NCBI GenBank assembly: GCA_963706325.1
Contig: CAVPLT010000001.1
Location: forward strand, 1,056,001-1,120,000
Source of the DNA: an uncultured Nitrospiraceae bacterium
GTDB lineage: Bacteria > Nitrospirota > Nitrospiria > Nitrospirales > Nitrospiraceae
Length of the DNA stretch: 64,000 nucleotides
Direction of reading: 5' to 3'
Both the position numbers and the translations under genes were made by a program. Under the pieces are notes generated by a model that was not told the origin of the DNA, searched no databases, and saw only the letters and a program-made list of their open reading frames with translations. Shown piece after piece: positions 8,469 to 17,411 of this stretch (within the stretch, counting starts at the first letter, position 1; each line of letters begins with the position of its first letter).

Positions 8469-9662
8469 TTACCCGTCACGCTTTGCGGCTTCAAGCGGTT
8501 GGACTTGCACGGTTGCGCCCTCGCTGACCAAGTCTTTTCCGGACACGATGAGTTGTTCGTCCCCGCTCAGCCCCTTCACCACCTCGACGCGGTTTTCCAC
8601 ACGCGCGCCCAGTTGAACCGGAACCTGATGCGCTTTTCCGTCCTTGACGACATATACATATTGCGACTCTTCCAGCCGGCTCACCGCATCCAACGGAATT
8701 TGAATCGCCTGCGGATGTATTCCCACGAGGACCTCGACTCGGGCGAACATTCCGCCCTTGAGACGGTGATCCTTGTTGGGGAGATCGACTTCGACGGTCA
8801 TCGTGCGAGTGGCGCGGTTCAACGCTTGGACAATGCGGGTGACCGTGCCGGCAAACACCTCATTCGGATAGGCTTCGGCGCGGACATCGGCGCGCTGGCC
8901 GATCTTAATCAGGGGCACATCTTTTTCTACGACCTCGATGAGGGTGCGGACGGTTTCGACGTCATGGACGCTGAGTATGCCGCGGGACATTGTGGAAGTA
9001 CTGGCGGTCGTGCCGCTCACATATGCGCCGGGATCGAGATTGCGTTCCGCAATATACCCCGCAAACGGTGCGCGGATGGAGGCGTAGGTCAGATTGGTTT
9101 CGGCCTGGGCCAGGGCCACCGCCATTTGCTGCACCTGGGCGCGCAACGAGTCTTGCATGGCGAGTGCCGCGTCGCGGTTCACCTCGGCTGTATCCAGATC
9201 CTGCTGGGACACAAACTGGTCCTTGATCAATGCCTGCATGCGATCCAACGTCAGCGCCGCGTTGCGCACGGCGGCGTCTTGTTGAGCGACCTTCGCCTTC
9301 GCGGACAGCAGATTAGCTTTCGCTTGGTTGACCGCATGGACATAGTCGGTGGGATCAATTTCGACCAGCAATTGATTGGCCTTCACCAAGTCGCCCTTGT
9401 CCACGTATACCTTGGCGATATAGCCGTCCACGCGGGAGAAGATATTCACGAGTTGGTTGGGGATGAGGTCGGCCGTATACGTGAGACGCACGTCCAAGTC
9501 TTGCTTAATCGGGCTCATGGTGCCGACGGTGAGAAGGCGGGTTTTTTTAGCGTCCGTCTTGGCTCCGCTGCTGAGACGAAACACGATCAGGGCCGTGACG
9601 GCGAAGAAAAGAATGACTCCCAAGATGACGATCGGATGCCGTTTGAGGGGATTACCGGGCAC
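8469..9662 (-). CDS. RND periplasmic adaptor (membrane fusion protein)
   Basis: N-terminal TM, SRVDGYI.KVYVDKGD.VK lipoyl motif, coiled coil, IRAPFAG; GTG start at 9662 after GAGGA. Confidence 0.9.
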   Translation of the reverse strand: MPGNPLKRHPIVILGVILFFAVTALIVFRLSSGAKTDAKKTRLLTVGTMSPIKQDLDVRLTYTADLIPNQLVNIFSRVDGYIAKVYVDKGDLVKANQLLVEIDPTDYVHAVNQAKANLLSAKAKVAQQDAAVRNAALTLDRMQALIKDQFVSQQDLDTAEVNRDAALAMQDSLRAQVQQMAVALAQAETNLTYASIRAPFAGYIAERNLDPGAYVSGTTASTSTMSRGILSVHDVETVRTLIEVVEKDVPLIKIGQRADVRAEAYPNEVFAGTVTRIVQALNRATRTMTVEVDLPNKDHRLKGGMFARVEVLVGIHPQAIQIPLDAVSRLEESQYVYVVKDGKAHQVPVQLGARVENRVEVVKGLSGDEQLIVSGKDLVSEGATVQVQPLEAAKRDG

Positions 9663-10299
9663 GGGACAGTCCTCGCGGATTGTTGGTGGGAGGCGTTGCC
9701 AAGCCCTGAAGGAACAGCTCGACATAGGCCGCCACGATTTCCTGGTGCGAGCAATGTAGCGGCACCTCGAAGATTTCATGTAGGAGTCGATGGTGGACGA
9801 CCATGCCGATAAACGCCCGCGCGGCCAGCAGTGGATCGGTTTTTCGGAAGGCGCCTTCCTTGATCCTAGTCTGGATGTATCCGGCGAGGTATTCGTAAAA
9901 CACGCGGTGCTGTTTGCCGAAAAACATGTCGGCCAATTCGTGGCCTTCCAACGCGCTGAAGAGCAGCAACCGTAACATCGTGGGGTCAGCGCCGGGGCGA
10001 ATGCGATAGCCGGCGATGAGCGTAAAGACGCCATAGTCGTCACGTTTTCGGGCGACCTGCTCGACGGCGCCGAGGAGTTCGCTGAGCTGCGCTTTTTCAG
10101 CGAGGATCGCTGCGTACAGGGCTCGTTTGGTCGGGAAATACTTGAACACCAGGGCTTCGCTGATCCCGGCGGCACGAGCGATTTCCTTCGTCGTCGTGCC
10201 CTTGAAGCCTTTCGCAGCAAATAAGGCGGCGGCGGATGCAATCAGGCTGGCCTGGCGATCACGGCTTGGGCTGCGCGAAAGTGATGTCGTTGGACCCAT
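9652..10299 (-). CDS. TetR/AcrR family transcriptional regulator
   Basis: AAALFAAKGFKGTTTKEIARAAGISEALVFKYFPTK HTH; ATG at 10299 after AGGA. Confidence 0.92.
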   Translation of the reverse strand: MGPTTSLSRSPSRDRQASLIASAAALFAAKGFKGTTTKEIARAAGISEALVFKYFPTKRALYAAILAEKAQLSELLGAVEQVARKRDDYGVFTLIAGYRIRPGADPTMLRLLLFSALEGHELADMFFGKQHRVFYEYLAGYIQTRIKEGAFRKTDPLLAARAFIGMVVHHRLLHEIFEVPLHCSHQEIVAAYVELFLQGLATPPTNNPRGLSRAR

Positions 10300-10312
10300 G
10301 CTGTCCTGGTTG

Positions 10313-10334
10313 GGTGAGTGAGTAGTCACTCACC
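10313..10334. promoter_or_regulatory. Putative TetR operator
   Basis: Perfect 9-bp arms GGTGAGTGA-GTAG-TCACTCACC between a minus-strand TTGTCT-N16-GATAAT promoter and the tetR start. Confidence 0.7.
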
Positions 10335-10463
10335 ATGAAATTATCACGTGCCTGAAGGGCGAGACAAGGAGATAAGAAAGGAAGTTGAAGAGTCTCATTC
10401 ACGCGGGAGGTGTCCCTGGCTGTGTTTTTCCAGGTCTACGGCATAATTCCAGACGGCGCCTCC

Positions 10464-11000
10464 TTAAGGCGCGGGCGAAGGGCTCTCATTGAATTGGCTG
10501 CGGAAGACCTGACTCTCAAAGAAGATCACCCCCTGGCTCGTGCGCACGTCGTAACGCAGGATGATCTCACTGTCGGCGCCTTGCCAATTGAAGAACTTCA
10601 CGGCGCCTCCGGCGACCTGGCCCGGAGTCCGGTCCAGCGGGCCGAACTTCTGCTGTAGGAAACTCAGGATGCGGTCGTGCGACTCTTTGCCGCTGTACCG
10701 CACCATGACGCGCGCAAAGTTTCCGTCGATCGTGCTGAACCGCATGGAATCAACCGGCGCCGGCCCCAATGTGGGAGTCGTCCCTTTGAGCTCGTACGTC
10801 TGCACCCGGCCACTGTCCTCAATCTTGATGAACGTGTCGGATTCTGAGAAGGCCGCCCCCCAGGGAATGCCCTCGAATCCATTCGAGTCATGCTGCATGG
10901 GAACTGCCAGCGCTGCGGCGACCGGGAGCCACATGGCTAGCATCACGGCTCGAGCAAAGATCGTCCGAGGCGTGCGAAGGATGCAGGTAAGTCGACACAT
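10464..11000 (-). CDS. Exported hypothetical protein, paralog of downstream-numbered neighbour
   Basis: Signal peptide, then DSNGFEGIPWG..FARVMVRYSG..FGPLDRTPGQ..WQGADSEI..GVIFFES. Confidence 0.7.
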   Translation of the reverse strand: MCRLTCILRTPRTIFARAVMLAMWLPVAAALAVPMQHDSNGFEGIPWGAAFSESDTFIKIEDSGRVQTYELKGTTPTLGPAPVDSMRFSTIDGNFARVMVRYSGKESHDRILSFLQQKFGPLDRTPGQVAGGAVKFFNWQGADSEIILRYDVRTSQGVIFFESQVFRSQFNESPSPAP

Positions 11001-11001
11001 A

Positions 11002-11544
11002 TTACTCCGCCGTGTCCGCGATCCGATCCTGGAACCGAGGCGCCAGGTTTCGGCTCTCAATGAAGATGAACCCACGGTCTCGGTTGGCTTGGTAAGTAAG
11101 GCTGATTTCGGTATCCGGCCCGCGCCACGTGTATTGCTGATTGAGCCCCCGCAGCATCTGTCCGGGGAGGCGCTCGATCGCGCCATAGGCCTGTTCGAGA
11201 AATTGGAGCACTTTCGTGTGAGTGTGCGCGCCTTGATAGCGAACGGTGACGCGTGCAAACTGCGCATCGACCGTAGAAAGCTGCAGGCTTTCCACGGGGA
11301 TGTCGGCATAAACCGGGGGACGATCGCGGAATTCGTAATCTGTGGTATGCGAATTGGTGCGCGCGATGGAGAGTTCAGGAATATCGGCGAGAGGCACGCC
11401 CCATGGAATCTGGTGAAACCCCTGTGGATCGTTCGTCATGGTGATGGCAAACGCCGGTCCTGCAGGAAAGGCCAGGAGTGCCCCAAAAACGAGGAGGCGG
11501 CCGATGACGCGGAGGGGTGACCATATCGAAGAGGCGTACAGCAT
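11002..11544 (-). CDS. Exported hypothetical protein
   Basis: Signal peptide, then DPQGFHQIPWG..FARVTVRYQG..YGAIERLPGQ..WRGPDTEI..GFIFIES; GGAGGAG SD before ATG 11544. Confidence 0.7.
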   Translation of the reverse strand: MLYASSIWSPLRVIGRLLVFGALLAFPAGPAFAITMTNDPQGFHQIPWGVPLADIPELSIARTNSHTTDYEFRDRPPVYADIPVESLQLSTVDAQFARVTVRYQGAHTHTKVLQFLEQAYGAIERLPGQMLRGLNQQYTWRGPDTEISLTYQANRDRGFIFIESRNLAPRFQDRIADTAE

Positions 11545-11610
11545 GGTCGAAAGTCTCCTCCGGCACGCTACCATGGTTGTCTCGATGGCGGCAACTCTTC
11601 GGCGCTGTTC

Positions 11611-11639
11611 TTGTGAATGATGGACCCCTTGGCTATAAT
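11611..11639 (+). promoter_or_regulatory. Sigma70-type promoter of the putative phosphonate operon
   Basis: TTGTGA-N17-TATAAT, 41 nt upstream of the ATG at 11681. Confidence 0.55.
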
Positions 11640-11680
11640 GCGCCTCTTGCGCACATCATGAAGGCGATAGAGGCAGAGGC

Positions 11681-12178
11681 ATGATCGATAGCGACGTATT
11701 TGTGCAAGCGCTCCAAGATATGGGCGTGAATTTTTTTACGGGCGTGCCCGACTCGAACCTGGGCGGGATCATTGAAGAACTGATGACGCGTAAAGCGTAC
11801 ACCCCTGCCGTGCGTGAAGATGAAGCGATCGCGATGGCCGCGGGCGCCTATATGGCCGGGAAGATTCCCGCCGTACTCATGCAGAATTCAGGGCTCGGCA
11901 CTTGCTTGAACACGCTCATTTCCCTGAATATGATGTATCGGCATCCCTGCATTCTGCTCGTCTCCTGGCGGGGGTTCCAAGGCAACGATGCGCCGGAGCA
12001 CCTCGTCATGGGCGAGACGATGTTGCCCTTGCTTGATACCATGAAAATTCCCCACCGCATCCTGTCGGAACAGACGATGACCGACGATCTTCGATGGGTC
12101 GGCCAGACCTTTATGAAACAACGGATTCCGCTTGTGCTCGCGGTCAAGAAAAACATCGTCAAGGGACTGCACCCATGA
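11681..12178 (+). CDS. Phosphonopyruvate/sulfopyruvate decarboxylase alpha subunit (TPP N-terminal domain)
   Basis: FTGVPDS, REDEAIAMAAG, LMQNSGLG and WRG..G.DAPEH.VMG motifs. Confidence 0.85.
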   Translation: MIDSDVFVQALQDMGVNFFTGVPDSNLGGIIEELMTRKAYTPAVREDEAIAMAAGAYMAGKIPAVLMQNSGLGTCLNTLISLNMMYRHPCILLVSWRGFQGNDAPEHLVMGETMLPLLDTMKIPHRILSEQTMTDDLRWVGQTFMKQRIPLVLAVKKNIVKGLHP

Positions 12179-12753
12179 GGCCGGAAGAAGGCACCATGCA
12201 GAGCCGAGCGCAGGCCATGGCGGCATTACTGGAAGTATTGACCGATCAGCCGGTCATTATTTGTAATGGCTTTCCGTCTCGCGAAGCGCACAAAATCGCC
12301 GACCGGCCGACCCATTTTTATATGATCGGTTCAATGGGAAATGCGGCGGCGATTGGGCTCGGCGTGGCATTATCCAGGCCTACCAAACAGGTCATTATTT
12401 TTGATGGCGACGGCAATGTGCTCATGGGGATGGGGACTCTGGCGTCGGTGGGGGCCTTGAAGCCAAAGAATTTCATTCATGTCGTCTTCGACAATGAAGT
12501 GTACGGATCGACCGGAAATCAGCCGACCATCTCGAACGTGGTGCCGCTGGAAAAAGTGGCGAAGGCGGCGGGATATGTTCATGTCGAGCGGGTGCTCGAT
12601 CGGGATGATCTTCTGTATGAATTTAAGGACTTGCTGAAGAAAGACGGACCGAGCATGTTGTTGGTCAAGATCAATGAATTCGTCGAGGATGCCGGCCGGG
12701 TCCTTCTTGAGCCGTCGGCGATTACCGCTCGATTCATGAAAGCCATAGAATAG
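12175..12753 (+). CDS. Phosphonopyruvate/sulfopyruvate decarboxylase beta subunit (TPP-binding domain)
   Basis: SRE, FYMIGSMG and DGDGNVLM..DNEVYGSTGNQPT TPP motif; ATGA overlap. Confidence 0.85.
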   Translation: MRPEEGTMQSRAQAMAALLEVLTDQPVIICNGFPSREAHKIADRPTHFYMIGSMGNAAAIGLGVALSRPTKQVIIFDGDGNVLMGMGTLASVGALKPKNFIHVVFDNEVYGSTGNQPTISNVVPLEKVAKAAGYVHVERVLDRDDLLYEFKDLLKKDGPSMLLVKINEFVEDAGRVLLEPSAITARFMKAIE

Positions 12754-12823
12754 CGCCCGTGTGCTGAGTGCGATGTGTGGGGCCGCTGCGCTCAGTCCCG
12801 ATCCACAGCCTGAGGCATTGAAC

Positions 12824-13918
12824 ATGATACTTTTGAATCCAGGGCCAGTGAACGTGAGCGAACGGGTGCGGCAGGCGTTGATGCATCCGGATATCTGCCA
12901 CCGAGAATCCGAATTCTCCGACCTTTTGTACCGCATTCAGCAGAAATTACTGACCGCCTTCGTGCCCGGGGCAGAGGCCGACTATGTGGCGGTCATACTG
13001 ACCGGCTCGGGCACCGCCGCGGTGGAGTCGGCCGTCATGTCCTGTCTCCCAACGGGGAAGCGCATGCTCGTCCTCAACAATGGCGTCTATGGCGAACGGC
13101 TCTCCACCATGATCGGTCTGCATCGACTCGGCGTCTCTGAACTGAAGTCGGAGTGGCATATCAAGCCGGATCCCGAACGAGTCCGATTGGCCTTACGCCA
13201 ACACCCCGAGGTGCATGCGGTGGCAATGGTGCATCACGAGACGACCACCGGCTTGATCAATCCTGTCAAAGAGATTGCCGAAGTCGTCGATAGTCAAAAC
13301 CGCGTGTTTGTGGTGGATTCCGTGAGCGGCCTCGGGGGAGAGCCGATCGATATTGCCGGGTCGCACATCTATATGGTGGCGGGCACGGCCGGGAAGTGTA
13401 TTCAGGGATTCCCCGGTGTCTCGTTTGTCCTCCTCCGCAAGGGATTTATGGAGCGGATGCGAGGGTATCCCAAACGATCGTGGTATCTCCACATGACTCA
13501 CTATGTTGATGATCAGGGCCGAGGAACCGTTCCCTTTACGCCCGCTGTTCAGGTGTACTATGCATTTGAAGAGGCGTTGAACGAGTTGTTGGAGGAGGGT
13601 GTGGCCAATCGCATGCAGCGGTACAAGCTAACCGCCGCGCGGATCCGCGAACGTCTGGGGCAATTGGGTGTGAAAACATTGCTGCCGCCGGAATGTCAAT
13701 CGAACACGATCACGGCGTTTCGTCTGCCTCCTGGCATCACGTATGCTGCATTGCATGATCAGCTGAAAGCGCGTGGCTATGTCATTTACGCCGGACAGGG
13801 ACAATTGGAAGAGAAGATCTTCCGCATTGCCAATATGGGCGCGCTGACTGAGAAGGACATCCAGGGCTTTCTCGCGGCCTTCGAGCAGGTGCTTGCGGGC
13901 GCTGTCGTGCATACATGA
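12824..13918 (+). CDS. 2-aminoethylphosphonate aminotransferase (class V PLP; PhnW/AepZ family)
   Basis: LLNPGPV, DICHRE, GSGTAAVE, NGVYGER, HHETTTG.INP, KCIQG.PG, PFTP and GYVIYAGQG motifs. Confidence 0.85.
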   Translation: MILLNPGPVNVSERVRQALMHPDICHRESEFSDLLYRIQQKLLTAFVPGAEADYVAVILTGSGTAAVESAVMSCLPTGKRMLVLNNGVYGERLSTMIGLHRLGVSELKSEWHIKPDPERVRLALRQHPEVHAVAMVHHETTTGLINPVKEIAEVVDSQNRVFVVDSVSGLGGEPIDIAGSHIYMVAGTAGKCIQGFPGVSFVLLRKGFMERMRGYPKRSWYLHMTHYVDDQGRGTVPFTPAVQVYYAFEEALNELLEEGVANRMQRYKLTAARIRERLGQLGVKTLLPPECQSNTITAFRLPPGITYAALHDQLKARGYVIYAGQGQLEEKIFRIANMGALTEKDIQGFLAAFEQVLAGAVVHT

Positions 13919-14634
13919 GAGCGGTCATCCTGGCCGCGGGAGTCGGCAAGCGCCTCTGGCCGGTCACACAGCATAAGCCGAAATGTTTGATTGAGATCGG
14001 TGGGCAGACACTGCTGTCCCGCTATCTCGAGGTGTTGGCTAGCGTCCAAATCCGCGACGTCACCATTGTCGTCGGTTATAAGCAGGAGATGATTCGGGCC
14101 GCGGTGGGCACGCAACACCGGGGGGTGAGCATTTCCTATCTCGTCAACGAGGAGTTCCACCGAGGCAGTATTTCGTCGCTGTGGATCGCCCGCTCGGTGC
14201 TCTCCGACGACGTGGTGATTATGGACGCAGATGTCTTGTTTCATCGTGAGATTCTGCGTCGTCTGGTGACGTCGCCCTTCACGAATTGTTTGCTGATGGA
14301 CGACACGGTGAAGCAGACCGGAGAGGAATGTATGGTGGTGGTCGCGGGGGGACGGGTGATCGCCTTGAGCAAAAAAATGCCGGAACGATACGATGTCGCC
14401 GGAGAGGGCGTCGGATTTCTGAAGGTGCGTCGGGCCGATACCGCGCACGTGATCGGCTCGCTCAAAGGCTATATCGATCAAGGTCGTTGGGAGATGGAAT
14501 ACGAAGACGGGTTGCTGCAGTATTTTCAGGACGTGAAAGTCGGGCATGAGAAAATCGGCGGACTGCCTTGGACCGAGATCGACTTCCCCGAGGATATAAC
14601 GCAGGCCGAGCGCGAGGTCTTGCCCCGGCTCTGA
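13915..14634 (+). CDS. Phosphocholine/phosphonate cytidylyltransferase (LicC/PntC family)
   Basis: ILAAGVGKRL..KPKCL, MDADV, GEGVGF and WTEIDFPED motifs. Confidence 0.85.
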   Translation: MRAVILAAGVGKRLWPVTQHKPKCLIEIGGQTLLSRYLEVLASVQIRDVTIVVGYKQEMIRAAVGTQHRGVSISYLVNEEFHRGSISSLWIARSVLSDDVVIMDADVLFHREILRRLVTSPFTNCLLMDDTVKQTGEECMVVVAGGRVIALSKKMPERYDVAGEGVGFLKVRRADTAHVIGSLKGYIDQGRWEMEYEDGLLQYFQDVKVGHEKIGGLPWTEIDFPEDITQAEREVLPRL

Positions 14635-14657
14635 ATCTTCGCGAGACACTGGCTGGC

Positions 14658-16112
14658 ATGAGCGAAAGCACACTACAACGCGGTGCTGAATTGCAGGGAT
14701 TGAGTACGGCCATTCTGCTGCCCGGCGCGGGGCTGTTCGGCGATCGTCTTGGTCGTGGATTGACGGACGTCGGCCCGCTCACTCTCGTCGGAGGCCTGAG
14801 TTTGTTTCAGCGCACAGTGCTGACCTTGCAACGGGCGGGGATTCGCCAACTCATCGTGCTGGCAGGCGCCGATGAAGAATTGCTGAAACATACGCTGGCG
14901 CGGGGGGCGCGGGTCACGATTCCGGTCCGATGGATGCCGATTCGGGAGTTCCCGCTCGATGATACACGCACCTGGGAATCGCTCGCGGCCGAAGTGCCGG
15001 GCTTCTGTTTGATCGCCGGAGTGCAGGCGGTGTTTTCGAAACAGCTCATCGAGCACTTGCGGCAAACGGTACGGGATGGGGAAGCCGTGGTCGTCACGCG
15101 TGAAGCCGGTTCGATCGACCCGCCTATAGGCCGGCGAAACCCGGTCGTGGCGTTTGAGGAAGGTCGGCTCATTTCATTTCATCCCCACGTTGCCGATGAA
15201 CGCCATCAGGTGGCCGCTGATTTGGTGGTCTTGCCGGCGAGCATTCTGAATCCGCCCGGCGAGACGGCCTCCGCGGTGAGCAGTGACCCGATGGACCGGC
15301 TTGGCATGATTCCCGTGCGTCGCTGGCTGGAGCGGGCGGCGGCGGAAGGACGTGTGCGGGTCGTGACCGCGACCTCCCATGCTGGTCTGTGGTATCGCGA
15401 TGTGTGGGACCAATCCAGTGCCGGAATCGCCGAGCGTACCCTCCTTCACTCGCTTAAGGGAGACGCTGAAGGGTTTGTGGATCGGTATTTCAATCGAACC
15501 TTCTCGCGTCTGCTCACAAGCGCCTTCTTGTGGATGAAATGTTCGCCTAATACGATCACCATGATCGCGACGGCGGTCGGACTGCTTTCGGCTCTCGGCT
15601 TCGGATGGGGTACGTACGAAGCTGGAATCATCGCCGCATTGTTGTTTCAGTTGGCGGCAATCATCGATTGCTGTGATGGCGAGGTGGCGCGTCTGACTTT
15701 TACCGAATCGCCGTTCGGCGCCTGGCTGGATATCGCCATGGACAACGTCGTGCATATGGCCATCTTTGCCGGGATCGCCTGTGGAGCCTACCTCCGGCAG
15801 GTCGGGACAGATGGTGATTGGGTACCCGTCGCGCTCGGCGGGGCTGCGGTATTGGGCAATGCAATGTCGTTCTGGTTGGTCACGAAGGCGCAAAAAATCG
15901 GCATCACGCGCGGCTGGAATACACCGAAGCAGGCAGCCTGGTCCGATTTTATCTTGAAGAATGTGGCGAGCCGAGATTTCTCCGTGGTGGTGTTCCTCTT
16001 TGCGATATTGGACAAGCTCGACTGGTTTCTCTGGATGGCCGCGTTTGGCTCAACGGTATTTTGGTTGTTGATGGTTTGGGTCATACGACCTTCGGCACGG
16101 GCCCGTGCTTAA
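14658..16112 (+). CDS. CDP-alcohol phosphotransferase with an N-terminal nucleotidyltransferase-like domain
   Basis: EGFVDRYFNR, SPNTIT and DCCDGEVAR..SPFGAWLDIAMD (DxxDGxxAR..GxxxDxxxD) motifs. Confidence 0.85.
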   Translation: MSESTLQRGAELQGLSTAILLPGAGLFGDRLGRGLTDVGPLTLVGGLSLFQRTVLTLQRAGIRQLIVLAGADEELLKHTLARGARVTIPVRWMPIREFPLDDTRTWESLAAEVPGFCLIAGVQAVFSKQLIEHLRQTVRDGEAVVVTREAGSIDPPIGRRNPVVAFEEGRLISFHPHVADERHQVAADLVVLPASILNPPGETASAVSSDPMDRLGMIPVRRWLERAAAEGRVRVVTATSHAGLWYRDVWDQSSAGIAERTLLHSLKGDAEGFVDRYFNRTFSRLLTSAFLWMKCSPNTITMIATAVGLLSALGFGWGTYEAGIIAALLFQLAAIIDCCDGEVARLTFTESPFGAWLDIAMDNVVHMAIFAGIACGAYLRQVGTDGDWVPVALGGAAVLGNAMSFWLVTKAQKIGITRGWNTPKQAAWSDFILKNVASRDFSVVVFLFAILDKLDWFLWMAAFGSTVFWLLMVWVIRPSARARA

Positions 16113-17100
16113 AGCAGCCCTTTTTTTCCTCGGGGCGCTGACTCTTTCTTTCCTGATCTGGCACATCGGCATCGAGCGGATCTATGCCGCGGTTGCTGAA
16201 CTGAGTCCTACCGCGATGGCGGCGATCCTTCTGCCGTCCCTTCTCATGTACGTGCTTGAAGCTTACGGCTGGCTTGTGACGCTCGGCGCGTGGGCGAAGG
16301 ATGTGCCGTTTTGGCGAGTGCTGGCCATTCGCACGGCCGGGGAAGTTGTGAACATGACCACGCCCACGGCTTATATGGGCGGTGAGCCGCTCAAGGCCTA
16401 CCTGCTCAAACGACAAGGCGTCCCACTGGTGGAAGGGTTGGCGTCGGTGGTGACGGCGAAAACCACCATGACAATCGCTCAAATTCTCTTCATCATCTGC
16501 GGGATTGGTTTGGGGTTTTGGTTGTTAGGGTCCGAGGGATCGGCCGGACAGACCATCATCGCCGGATTAATCAGCGTGGGACTGCTGGTGTTCGGAGTCG
16601 GCGCGTTTGTCATCGTTCAGCGGCAGGGCATGTTTACTTGGATTTTGAAGGTTCTGCGCCACATCGGCCTGCGGCTGCAGTTTCTGGAATCACGCGAACA
16701 AAAGTTGCTTGAATTGGATCGCACCATCGCTCACTTCTATGCGAAGCAGCGGCCGGCGTTCCTCTTATCCACGGGGCTGTTCCTTCTCGGATGGTTGGCC
16801 GAGGCCTTGGAAGTCTTGGTCATCATTTTCTGCCTGGGACATCCTATTACGGTGCTGTCTGCCGTCGCGATCGGCGCGCTCTCGGTCTTTATCAAGGGCG
16901 GAGCATTTTTCATTCCCGGTAGCCTGGGGGCTCAAGAGGCGGGCAACCTTTTCCTATTGACGGCCTTCGGATACGGGGAAGTCACGGGCATTACCTTTGC
17001 GCTGTTGCGACGCTTCCGAGAATTGGTGTGGATCCTGCTTGGTCTCGCCTGTCTCGTCGTGATGACAAGGGGCAAGGAGGTGATGACGTCTTCCCGCTGA
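16105..17100 (+). CDS. Lysylphosphatidylglycerol synthase TM-domain / flippase-like protein (UPF0104)
   Basis: Multi-TM; N..TPT..GGEPLKAYLL and IPGSLGAQE motifs. Confidence 0.8.
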   Translation: MLKAALFFLGALTLSFLIWHIGIERIYAAVAELSPTAMAAILLPSLLMYVLEAYGWLVTLGAWAKDVPFWRVLAIRTAGEVVNMTTPTAYMGGEPLKAYLLKRQGVPLVEGLASVVTAKTTMTIAQILFIICGIGLGFWLLGSEGSAGQTIIAGLISVGLLVFGVGAFVIVQRQGMFTWILKVLRHIGLRLQFLESREQKLLELDRTIAHFYAKQRPAFLLSTGLFLLGWLAEALEVLVIIFCLGHPITVLSAVAIGALSVFIKGGAFFIPGSLGAQEAGNLFLLTAFGYGEVTGITFALLRRFRELVWILLGLACLVVMTRGKEVMTSSR

Positions 17101-17411
17101 ACAGGCTCTTTGAAGCGTGAATGATAGTGTCTTGGTTTCCGGAAATCGCTGGGCCCTTTCTGCCCCCCTCGCCGCCAGGATCGCAACGTCCCTCCTCATG
17201 CATGATTTCGCGACCGTGCAATTCCGCTCCTTCGCACGGGTGCGATTTCGCACATAGGTAATTTTTCATGTCAATCTAAGGTATTGTCCGAAAGGAAATT
17301 GCACGACAATTCCATTATCAGCTTCACTATATTTCATTATGCAAGTAAGCTTCAGGCGTCAGACGTTCCTTCGTGGTCGATGCTGTAGACTAACCAGGAT
17401 GCCAGCAAACC

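Noticed and set aside
8442..9812. 456-aa plus-strand ORF
   Set aside because: Antisense shadow of the MFP gene in GC-rich DNA, with no motifs
8469..10241. 590-aa MFP ORF with a long N-terminal extension overlapping tetR
   Set aside because: The extension is an open off-frame of tetR; the MFP begins at GTG 9662 with an SD
17298..17313. Sigma54-like site TTGCAC-N5-TTCC upstream of the glycan cluster
   Set aside because: Both the invariant GG (-24) and GC (-12) are mismatched
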